From an uncultured Bacteroidia bacterium (GTDB lineage: Bacteria > Bacteroidota > Bacteroidia > NS11-12g > UBA9320), in contig OX044357.1 of the NCBI GenBank assembly GCA_943846675.1, positions 890,713 to 954,712 on the forward strand: a stretch of DNA of 64,000 bases. The letters run 5' to 3'. Made by a program: the position numbers and the translations under genes. The notes under the pieces were generated by a model. The model worked only from the letters and a program-made list of their open reading frames with translations. It was not told the DNA's origin and ran no database searches. Shown here one piece after another: positions 55,943-64,000 of this stretch. Each line of letters starts with the position of its first letter. Positions within the stretch are counted from its first letter, which is position 1.

Positions 55943-58369
55943 TTAAGCTTCGTTGTTCAAATACTGTTCCAAAGCGTACTCATCTGGCAAAAGAACTTGT
56001 CGGGCTTTACTTCCTTCGAATGGTCCAACGATATTGGCACGTTCCAATTGGTCGATAATTCTCCCTGCTCTGTTGTATCCGATCTTAAGCCTGCGCTGCA
56101 GTAGCGACGTGCTTCCTTGCTGATGCTGTACTACAATACGCGCCGCATCCTCAAACAAAGCATCTTTGTCATCATCCTCTAACGCCTCTGCATTACCTGA
56201 CGAATCTTCCTGAACTTCTGGCAGCATATACGCAGAAGCATATCCGCGTTGTTCGCCAATAAACGATGTAATAATCTCTACTTCAGGTGTATCTACAAAT
56301 GGACATTGTAGTCTAATAATGTCGCTACCATTGGAGTAAAGCATATCTCCTTTACCAATGAGTTGATCAGCACCATTGCCATCCAAAATCGTTCTTGAAT
56401 CGATTTTGGAGGTCACCCTAAAAGCAATACGGGCTGGGAAATTGGCTTTGATTGTTCCTGTAATAATATTAACCGATGGCCGCTGTGTGGCCAACACCAA
56501 GTGAATGCCTATCGCTCGTGCCAGTTGTGCTAAGCGCGCAATCGGGTGTTCAACCTCTTTGCCCGATGTCATGATTAAATCTGCCACTTCGTCAACAACT
56601 ACGACGATGTAAGGTAAAAATCGATGACCTTCATTCGGGTTAAGTTTACGCTTCTGAAACTTGGTGTTATACTCTTTAATGTTACGCACCATGGCATCTT
56701 GCAAAAGCGCATACCTATTGTCCATCTCAATACAAAGGCTATTGAGTGTTTGAACAACCAACTTGTTGTCGGTAATAATGGCGTCTCCTTCGCCAGGTAT
56801 CTTAGCTAGATAGTGTCTTTCTATTCTTTGGTATAAGGTAAGCTCCACTTTTTTCGGATCAACCAAAACAAATTTTAATTCGGCTGGATGCTTTTTGTAC
56901 ATCAGTGAAACCAGAAGTGCATTTAAACCAACAGACTTTCCTTGACCTGTTGCACCCGCCATTAACAAGTGAGGCATTTTAGCTAAATCCGCAATGTATA
57001 CTTCGTTGCTAATGGTTTTACCCAGGCAGACGGGAAGATCATGTTTTGATTCCTGAAAGCGCTTACTGGCAATACCCGAGCGCATTGATACGATTTCTGG
57101 AGATTGGTTTGGTACCTCAATTCCAATGGTGCCTTTACCTGGGATTGGAGCTATTATTCGAATGCCGAGTGCTGCTAAGCTTAAGGCAATATCGTCTTCT
57201 AGATTTTTGATTTTAGAAATTTTAACACCAGGGGCAGGTACAATTTCAAAAAGTGTAACCGTAGGTCCGATTGTCGCTTTGATTTGTGAGATTTCAATTT
57301 TGTAGTTCCTTAAAGTTTCTACAATCAGATCTTTACTTCTTTTAAGATCACTCTCACTAACTTCTACCTTGCGGTCGGCATATTCGTTTAAGAATGTAAT
57401 GTTAGGGAATTTGTAGCCCGACAAATCTAACGTTGGGTCGTATTCCGTATCGATGCCTTGACGGCCAATCTCTTTGGCACTTAATTCTTCCTCTTCTTTG
57501 GTCTCTTCGATTGTTAAATCAAGATCTGGGTCTTCCTTTTTTACAGTTTCCTTTGGAGGTTTTACTATTTCAAAATCATCTTTTATTTGATCATCAGGTC
57601 TGGACGTTTCCTCCTCTGGGCCAGGTTCAATGTCCAAATCGATGTTGTCTTTGGTGAAAAGCGTTTCGGTAGGAGCGCTGTATTCGATATCTGTGTCGTC
57701 ATTGGCGCCAATTGTTTTTGATGCCATGCGTTTGTCTTTAACGGTTTTAATCTTATCTCCAAACCAGCCGTACAAGTCGATATCGAAATTCCAAATCAAA
57801 ACACTAGCTAAATACGCCAGGAGGATTAATATCACGCCAAATGCACCAACCATAGAAGATAACCACTGGTATAAACCATAGCCAAACCCACCCGCTAAAC
57901 TTGGATAGAGTTGATGGAATATTAAGCCGATAAACAAACTGAAGAAGGTGATTATTAAAACGGTATACTTCAGGGCAAGGTAAATGTTGAAAGACCTGGA
58001 GTTTGTGTAAATCCTGAGCCCTACGATGGCAACCAAGTAAGGTAAAGTGAAAGCAGTTAAACCAAAACCTGAATGCATTAGGTGGTATGCCAGTTTTGCC
58101 CCTACAAAACGCATCCAATTTTTCGTTGCGCCATGATTGTTTCTAAAATATTCTGCGCTTCCTGATACCGCACTATCATCTACTTTCCATGTGAATAGAA
58201 AGGATAAGAAGGATAGAAACATGAAAATCGCAAATAGGCAAATTACGCCACCAACTATTTTTCTAGTTCGTGGATCACGCAAAAGCAAGTGGTCTGAAAG
58301 CGATACGCCAGACTTCGTCTTTTTGCTTTTACGTTTTTTTGTAACTTGTTTTTTAGCCATTCGCCTCAA
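55943..58369 (-). CDS. ftsK: DNA translocase FtsK/SpoIIIE
   Basis: N-terminal TM helices, acidic linker, motor Walker A 'GATGQGKSV', Walker B 'VVVVDEVADL', gamma wHTH 'LLQRRLKIGYNRAGRIIDQLE'. Confidence 0.93.
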   Translation of the reverse strand: MRRMAKKQVTKKRKSKKTKSGVSLSDHLLLRDPRTRKIVGGVICLFAIFMFLSFLSFLFTWKVDDSAVSGSAEYFRNNHGATKNWMRFVGAKLAYHLMHSGFGLTAFTLPYLVAIVGLRIYTNSRSFNIYLALKYTVLIITFFSLFIGLIFHQLYPSLAGGFGYGLYQWLSSMVGAFGVILILLAYLASVLIWNFDIDLYGWFGDKIKTVKDKRMASKTIGANDDTDIEYSAPTETLFTKDNIDLDIEPGPEEETSRPDDQIKDDFEIVKPPKETVKKEDPDLDLTIEETKEEEELSAKEIGRQGIDTEYDPTLDLSGYKFPNITFLNEYADRKVEVSESDLKRSKDLIVETLRNYKIEISQIKATIGPTVTLFEIVPAPGVKISKIKNLEDDIALSLAALGIRIIAPIPGKGTIGIEVPNQSPEIVSMRSGIASKRFQESKHDLPVCLGKTISNEVYIADLAKMPHLLMAGATGQGKSVGLNALLVSLMYKKHPAELKFVLVDPKKVELTLYQRIERHYLAKIPGEGDAIITDNKLVVQTLNSLCIEMDNRYALLQDAMVRNIKEYNTKFQKRKLNPNEGHRFLPYIVVVVDEVADLIMTSGKEVEHPIARLAQLARAIGIHLVLATQRPSVNIITGTIKANFPARIAFRVTSKIDSRTILDGNGADQLIGKGDMLYSNGSDIIRLQCPFVDTPEVEIITSFIGEQRGYASAYMLPEVQEDSSGNAEALEDDDKDALFEDAARIVVQHQQGSTSLLQRRLKIGYNRAGRIIDQLERANIVGPFEGSKARQVLLPDEYALEQYLNNEA

Positions 58370-58443
58370 TTATCCGTAACACACAAAAATAAACGGCGAT
58401 TGTGCCAATCAATTGTGGTGTACCTGCATTAAGGTGTGGAAAA

Positions 58444-59355
58444 TCAATATATACGGTAGGTTTCGCCCTCTTCGGCGATCAGTGTTTCAGGAAATTGAGC
58501 CTGTGATTCTTTAAGATGATCGTCTGTGTTGTGGTAGCGAGACGAAAAATGCCCAATAAGTAGCTGATTTACAGATGCTTTTTGTGCGAACAGGCCTGCC
58601 TGTTCGGCGGTGCTATGTTTCGTTTTAATCGCTCTGTCTATTAAATTATGCAAGTAGGTTGCTTCGTGGTAAACTGTGTGACAATGGGCAAATGCTTCAG
58701 CAAGGTCTGGTCGGTAAATCGTATCCGTTATGTAACCATAGGTAATGGGCTTAGAGGCAGGATCGGTCAACACCTCATTATTAATTCGATTGCCTGATTT
58801 GTCTATGTAGTCATGGCCGTCTTGTAATGCTGCAAATGCATGATTAGGAACGTTGTGTTCGTTGCAAGACTCAACATTGATATGTCTTTTGGTAACAACT
58901 TGTTGGACGATATATGCAAAACAGCTGACTCGGTGTGACACTGGTATATGGGTTATGTGTAAACGTGGTGTTTCAACTGTTCCTGTTGATTCGTCTTCCA
59001 ATTCAATAATGTCAATATCGAATGTTTGATGCGCGGCGCTTGTTTCTAAGTACACGTCATAAAACCGTTTTAAGCCTTTAGGCGCAACGATAGTGAGCTT
59101 TGACCTGCGCCCGTTAAGTGCCATGGTATTTAACAAACCCATTAACCCCAAAAAATGATCGCCGTGCAAATGAGAAATGAGTATGTAGCTGATCTTTTGG
59201 TAGTTTATCCGATTGGTAATTAGGCGCTTTTGCGTTCCTTCTCCGCAATCAAATAGTAATTGATCTTGGTCCAATTTAAAATGCTGCCCACTTTGATTTC
59301 TTGTTTTAGTTGGAGCAGCAGAATTATTACCCAGAATTGTAAGTTCGGCGAACAT
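58444..59355 (-). CDS. rnz: ribonuclease Z
   Basis: Metallo-beta-lactamase 'ISHLHGDH'. Short-form length of ~300 aa. Confidence 0.85.
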   Translation of the reverse strand: MFAELTILGNNSAAPTKTRNQSGQHFKLDQDQLLFDCGEGTQKRLITNRINYQKISYILISHLHGDHFLGLMGLLNTMALNGRRSKLTIVAPKGLKRFYDVYLETSAAHQTFDIDIIELEDESTGTVETPRLHITHIPVSHRVSCFAYIVQQVVTKRHINVESCNEHNVPNHAFAALQDGHDYIDKSGNRINNEVLTDPASKPITYGYITDTIYRPDLAEAFAHCHTVYHEATYLHNLIDRAIKTKHSTAEQAGLFAQKASVNQLLIGHFSSRYHNTDDHLKESQAQFPETLIAEEGETYRIY

Positions 59356-59439
59356 GGCACAAGGTTACAAGAATTGATGAGTTTAGGCAATTTCAAAAAA
59401 ATATTTCTAAATAAAGGAATTATTCAATATTTGTAGTCT

Positions 59440-60207
59440 ATGGGTAAAACAGCATTAATTACAGGAGCTACATCAGGAATTGGAAAAGCTACTGCACGAT
59501 TGTTCGCAGAACATAAATTTGATTTAATCATTACGGGTCGCAGAGAAGACCGGTTAAACGCTCTAGCGTCAGAAATAGAGTCTCAATATGCAGTCAAGGT
59601 TCAATCGTTGTGTTTCGACGTCAGAGAATATGAAGCCGTGACTCAAAGCATTGATGCACTTAAGTCTCAAAATCAACCAATCGATGTTTTGGTAAATAAT
59701 GCAGGTTTAGCAAGTGGTTTAGATAAGCTACAAGATGGAGATGTTGAAGATTGGAATAAAATGATTGACACCAATGTGAAAGGTCTTTTGTATATGAGTA
59801 GGCAAGTAATTCCTATAATGATTGAGCAGGGACATGGTCACATTGTGAACATTGGATCTATAGCTGGGAAAGAAGTTTATCCAAATGGCAATGTGTACTG
59901 TGGTACGAAACATATGGTTGACGCGCTGAACAAGAGTATGCGTAGAGAGTTAGCAGAGCATGGCATAAAAGTGTCTGCAGTTAACCCAGGTGCAGTGGAA
60001 ACAGAATTCAGTTTAGTCCGTTTGCACGGCAATGAAGACAAGGCTAAAAAAGTGTATGACGGGTTTAAAAACTTAGTTGCCTATGATATAGCAGACGCAG
60101 TGCTGTACATTGTTACACGACCAGAACACGTCAATATCAACGATTTGATTATTATGCCTAAGGCGCAGCCCGCAGCGGGCACGATCATAAGAAATAAAGG
60201 GTATTAG
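59440..60207 (+). CDS. SDR-family oxidoreductase (YdfG-like)
   Basis: 'TGATSGIGKA', 'NNAG', 'YCGTK'. Confidence 0.85.
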   Translation: MGKTALITGATSGIGKATARLFAEHKFDLIITGRREDRLNALASEIESQYAVKVQSLCFDVREYEAVTQSIDALKSQNQPIDVLVNNAGLASGLDKLQDGDVEDWNKMIDTNVKGLLYMSRQVIPIMIEQGHGHIVNIGSIAGKEVYPNGNVYCGTKHMVDALNKSMRRELAEHGIKVSAVNPGAVETEFSLVRLHGNEDKAKKVYDGFKNLVAYDIADAVLYIVTRPEHVNINDLIIMPKAQPAAGTIIRNKGY

Positions 60208-61022
60208 TAACCAACGGCACCGGTAAGCGCAAGGTCACGACTGTGCATTACCATTACAGGAGCCTTGCTGTTGTTTACAATGTCTTGGGAATAAGATCCC
60301 ATGATGAAACTTTTGCTTTCTGTATCGGCCATGATCATCACCAACCCTGCACGCACCTTTTTAGAATATTCTAAAATGTTTTTCGTGACGTCTCCGCCAA
60401 ACTGCGTTTCGTAGGTTGTTCGGATACCACGTTCATGCAAGTATTTTTCAGTTTGCCTTCCGTATGCATTTAGTTTAGACTGTACCGATTTATCCGTTCC
60501 TTTAGTTACGGAATATATGTGCACCGTTGCATCGAATGCTTGAGCCATCATTGCGGCGTAAGGCACTTTTTGGCGTGTTGTTTCGTCGTTATCTAAGGGA
60601 AGTAAAATGTCTGTTAAAGGATCTTCTTTAGTTGTTTCTAGTATGGTAATTACCGGACAGTTCGCAGCACTCGCCACTCTAAAGGCATTACTCCCAATCC
60701 AAAATGGTTGCCACCCACTGCTACCATGCGTTCCTATAATGACCATGTCGGCTCCAAGCTCCCGCTCACTAATAGAAATTTCGTTGTAAACCTTTCCGGT
60801 TCTCATCACGAATTCAATATCAATGTCCAATCTATTTCCTACTTCTAAAACAGCTTGTTGAATTTCGGTAGGGTCAGCTTTACCTTCCTGAAATACATAC
60901 AACGCATGTAATTTTGCGTCAAACCGTTTGGCTGTATCTGCTGCTTTTTCTAAGGCGATTTTTGCCGATTTTGAGTTGTCGAACCCGACTAGAATGTTGT
61001 TAATCTGAAAATCCATATGCAC
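60204..61022 (-). CDS. tandem universal stress protein
   Basis: Two USP domains, 'VIIGTHGSSG' and 'VMIMADTESK...APVMVMH'. Confidence 0.8.
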   Translation of the reverse strand: MHMDFQINNILVGFDNSKSAKIALEKAADTAKRFDAKLHALYVFQEGKADPTEIQQAVLEVGNRLDIDIEFVMRTGKVYNEISISERELGADMVIIGTHGSSGWQPFWIGSNAFRVASAANCPVITILETTKEDPLTDILLPLDNDETTRQKVPYAAMMAQAFDATVHIYSVTKGTDKSVQSKLNAYGRQTEKYLHERGIRTTYETQFGGDVTKNILEYSKKVRAGLVMIMADTESKSFIMGSYSQDIVNNSKAPVMVMHSRDLALTGAVGY

Positions 61023-61148
61023 TATAACTACTTGGTAACGAATATACTAAACAGCGTCTAATAAAACAATCCAATTTTTAAAGTAACCGTACTTTTTTAC
61101 AAGCAAGTTTGCACTTGCTCTTTATTGATAGACAGTTAGTTAGCGCGA

Positions 61149-62363
61149 TTAAGTTTCTGTGTAAGAACCATATACGCTGCTTACAAACGGTCCATTTAAA
61201 AAGGCTTCTTTGTCGATATCTGTTTGATATATCACCCCAGATTTTTGTTGAGATAAAAGGTAATATGCCATTTCGCATAGCGCCGAAGCGGTTGTGGATT
61301 GGATTGCCCGCAATGTCTGGTTACCAATTTTCATTGGAAGAATTTTTAACGACTTTTCGTAACTACGCAAAAATCCTTGGTTGTCTTTTCCCATAACCGA
61401 AGCGTAAATTATTACCACGTCTTCATCAACAATAGGAATTTTGTCAAGCATGATTTGCGTGAGTTTGTCAATCCTGTTTTCTGATATCGGAAGCTTGCTT
61501 AGTGTTTTTTCAACCCACTTGTAATGCCCTGGGTATCGCAACGTTTTGTAATGAATGTTTGTGATTTTGTCTTCCAAAGCAGAAGGCAAGTTCGCGGCAC
61601 CTCCAGACGTGAAATTATCTTCATACACAATCCCATCGATGGTAATCAAGTTTCTACCAGAAAGTGCTGGTACCAGTATGCGTTTATTGTTGCGCACGAT
61701 GATTGCGTCTTTAACGTATTCCGTAGCTACACCAATCGGGCTCCATGTAAATGCGTAGTGATGCGGGGCAAGTGCATTTTTTGATAATGCGCCTACCTTC
61801 ATTTGCATTTTTTTAACCTGATTGCCACCAAAGTCTCTTACAAAGTTGTCATACAGTTTTAAGGCTAGAATGTTGATGTATCCAGGTGCTAAACCAGTTT
61901 GTAATACAAACCCTGTACGTGCATCTTTTGCCAGCGCTGCGATCTCTTCTGTTTCTTTAACGTATTCCGTTAAGTTGGCGTAATGCGCATTTCGTTCAAG
62001 GGCTAAACGCGCCATTTTAGGAGCGAAACTACCAGGTAAGCAGTCTAGCAGTACGTCGCACTGTGTTAAAACTTCTTTGAGTTTGTCGTCGGAAGACGTA
62101 GACATTTCAAAGGTTTCCACTTGTGTTGTCGGATTTCCTTTCTTAATCCAATCCAGACTGTCTACAAGCTGCTCATTGTGTATATCCCCGATAATTATTC
62201 GGGCATTTAAAGATTTATTGGTCTCCAATAATAAAGCTGCTGCTCGACCAATTCCCCCCGCTCCCGCAATAAATATTGTACCGTCAATCATGTTATGTGT
62301 TATGTGCTTTTGTAACGACCAAGGTATTGGTTTTCTCCTATATACTATAGGGATTTTTTGCAA
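61149..62363 (-). CDS. saccharopine dehydrogenase-family protein
   Basis: Rossmann 'IAGAGGIGRAAA'. The true start may be the internal ATG at 62291 ('MIDGTIF'). Confidence 0.8.
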   Translation of the reverse strand: MQKIPIVYRRKPIPWSLQKHITHNMIDGTIFIAGAGGIGRAAALLLETNKSLNARIIIGDIHNEQLVDSLDWIKKGNPTTQVETFEMSTSSDDKLKEVLTQCDVLLDCLPGSFAPKMARLALERNAHYANLTEYVKETEEIAALAKDARTGFVLQTGLAPGYINILALKLYDNFVRDFGGNQVKKMQMKVGALSKNALAPHHYAFTWSPIGVATEYVKDAIIVRNNKRILVPALSGRNLITIDGIVYEDNFTSGGAANLPSALEDKITNIHYKTLRYPGHYKWVEKTLSKLPISENRIDKLTQIMLDKIPIVDEDVVIIYASVMGKDNQGFLRSYEKSLKILPMKIGNQTLRAIQSTTASALCEMAYYLLSQQKSGVIYQTDIDKEAFLNGPFVSSVYGSYTET

Positions 62364-62487
62364 CTTTTAAAGGATTTATGCACAACAGGCGGCACGTGAG
62401 TCTGCCTATTCATTTTTATTACTGAGCCTCCGTATCATTTTCACATGCAACAAGTATCTTCGCCCCGCCAAAAAAGAAAGAAGAAAT

Positions 62488-63471
62488 ATGAAAATATTTG
62501 TTACAGGAGCAGACGGTTTGTTGGGAAACAATATGGTCAGGCTGCTTCTAGATAAAGGATATTCCGTTAAGGTGTTTATCCAATCAGGAAAAGATTTAGG
62601 ATACCTCAAAGGGCTAAATATAGAAGTAAGTCATGGTGATTTGCTAAATTATGAAGAACTAGTTGAGGCCATGACGGGTGCCGACGTTGTAATCAATGCT
62701 GCAGCTGTTACAGATACTTGGCCCAATAAAGGGCCTCTTTACTGGAAGGTAAATGTCGATGGTGTTCGTAATGTGGTAAACGCTGTCAAATCTTTACAAA
62801 TTAAAAGACTGGTACACGTAGGTACGGCTAATTCATTTGGCCCTGGCGATGCGAGCACTCCAGGAACTGAGCTAAATCCATTTGACGGAGAAAAATATGG
62901 GTTGGATTATATCACATCCAAATACAAAGCCCAAGAAATGATTTTGAAGGAATGTCGCGAAAACGATTTGCCTGCTTTAATCGTAAACCCAACGTTTATG
63001 ATTGGGCCTTACGACGTAAAGCCAAGTTCCGGAAAAATGATCATTTCTGTCATTCAAGGTAAAGTGCCGGGTTATTCGCCTGGAGGTAGAAACTTCGTTT
63101 ATGTCAAAGACGTTGCCCAAGCCATTGTTAATTCAGTAGAAAAAGGCAGAATTGGGGAGTGTTATTTGGCAGCCGGTGTAAACTTGACCTACAAAGAGAT
63201 GTTTGCCAAAATTGCAAACATCTTTGAAGTGAAGCCGCCAACCTTGGGCATACCTGGTTTTGCGGTTTTGGTGTATGGTGGTGTTCTGTCGTTGATTGGG
63301 AAAATCACTAAGAAAGAGCAAGTCATCAGTTACCCGCTTGCATTAATATCAAACGAATTTCATTACTACAGCAATGCGAAAGCCGTTGAAGAGTTAGAAA
63401 TGCCAAAAACGGATATCGAATTTGCGATTAAGGAAGCCGTTGCATGGTTCAAAGAAGAAAAATATCTATAG
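62488..63471 (+). CDS. NAD-dependent epimerase/dehydratase (extended SDR)
   Basis: 'VTGADGLLG' and 'YITSK'. Confidence 0.85.
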   Translation: MKIFVTGADGLLGNNMVRLLLDKGYSVKVFIQSGKDLGYLKGLNIEVSHGDLLNYEELVEAMTGADVVINAAAVTDTWPNKGPLYWKVNVDGVRNVVNAVKSLQIKRLVHVGTANSFGPGDASTPGTELNPFDGEKYGLDYITSKYKAQEMILKECRENDLPALIVNPTFMIGPYDVKPSSGKMIISVIQGKVPGYSPGGRNFVYVKDVAQAIVNSVEKGRIGECYLAAGVNLTYKEMFAKIANIFEVKPPTLGIPGFAVLVYGGVLSLIGKITKKEQVISYPLALISNEFHYYSNAKAVEELEMPKTDIEFAIKEAVAWFKEEKYL

Positions 63472-63478
63472 TAACAGT

Positions 63479-64000
63479 ATGAAAGACTTCTTTAAAGACA
63501 AGGTTGTATGCATAACAGGGTCTAGTCAAGGGATTGGAAAGGCTACGGCATTACTTTTAGGGAACCTCGGGGCCAAAGTGGTTATTAATGGAAGAAATCC
63601 ACAAAAACTTCAGGCCGCTTACGATGAGTTGAAAGGTAGCGGGGTTGATTGCTTTCAAGTGGTGGCAGATGTTTCGTTGCCAGAAGATTGTGAAGCACTG
63701 GTAAACAAGATAAATGAACAGTTTGGTCGATTGGATGCGTTGATTAATAACGCAGGAATTGCCAGTCATGGGAAGATTGAAGAATCCACCCCTGAAAACT
63801 GGGCTCGTGTTGTTGACATTAACACCATGGGAACGATTAACACCACTTATTACGCACTACCGTTACTAAAGCAATCAAAAGGAAGTGTCATCATCATAAG
63901 CAGTATGGCTGCCAAAGTGGGTGTTCCTGGTCACGCAGGCTATTCTGTTTCTAAGATGGCACTAACGGCTTACGCGAAAGCACTGCAAGTAGAGCTAGAA
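63479..64000 (+). CDS. SDR-family oxidoreductase, N-terminal 174 aa (3' end outside window)
   Basis: Not in the ORF track because it has no stop in the window. My translation from ATG 63479 is 'MKDFFKDKVVCITGSSQGIGKA...NNAG...YSVSK'. Confidence 0.8.
   Translation, partial: MKDFFKDKVVCITGSSQGIGKATALLLGNLGAKVVINGRNPQKLQAAYDELKGSGVDCFQVVADVSLPEDCEALVNKINEQFGRLDALINNAGIASHGKIEESTPENWARVVDINTMGTINTTYYALPLLKQSKGSVIIISSMAAKVGVPGHAGYSVSKMALTAYAKALQVELE

Overview
The gene content looks like a Bacteroidota-type chromosome segment: a DUF5103-like T9SS-associated protein, adjacent ftsK and lolA, HEAT-cyclophilin lipoproteins, TTG/GTG starts, and AT-rich intergenic DNA. Two housekeeping flanks are present. 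The first (1-17.0 kb) carries aconitase, PPIase, an FtsX-type permease, dprA, queA, trx, a peroxiredoxin, hutI and a double AAA+ ATPase. The second (48.9-64 kb) carries ftsK, lolA, rnz, a rhomboid protease, USPs, SDRs and a MacA-like adaptor. Between them lies a ~31.7-kb, visibly more AT-rich accessory island. A tRNA-Ser(GCT)/Pro(TGG)/Arg(TCT) cluster and a tRNA-Lys(TTT) bound it, and the 3' ends of both flanking tRNAs point into it. The island has two parts. (1) At 17-24.8 kb and 28.4-30.2 kb there is a region of small orphan ORFs, with a duplicated ~610-bp two-gene module and two 134-nt attC-like imperfect palindromes. (2) At 30.3-46.1 kb there is a defence locus built around DNA-phosphorothioation genes. 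One arm carries an SspB(DUF4007)/SspC(P-loop)/SspD(PP-loop) triad and an abutting single-HKD PLD nuclease. The converging arm is an operon of cysteine desulfurase, a 423-aa TerB-like protein, an SF2 helicase and a GHKL/MORC-like ATPase, preceded by T5orf172-domain and HNH genes. A decayed NERD-helicase lies between the arms. Three IS3-family elements are present. Two are near-identical and inverted, and they bracket 20 kb that includes the whole defence locus. IS insertions have truncated a type III Res-like helicase and a radC gene. Several genes carry frameshifts: queA, the SspC-like ATPase at an A8 tract, the SF2 helicase, and the NERD-helicase. Read-level data are needed to tell decay or phase variation from assembly error. 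I found no rRNA, CRISPR array, integrase or prophage structural genes.
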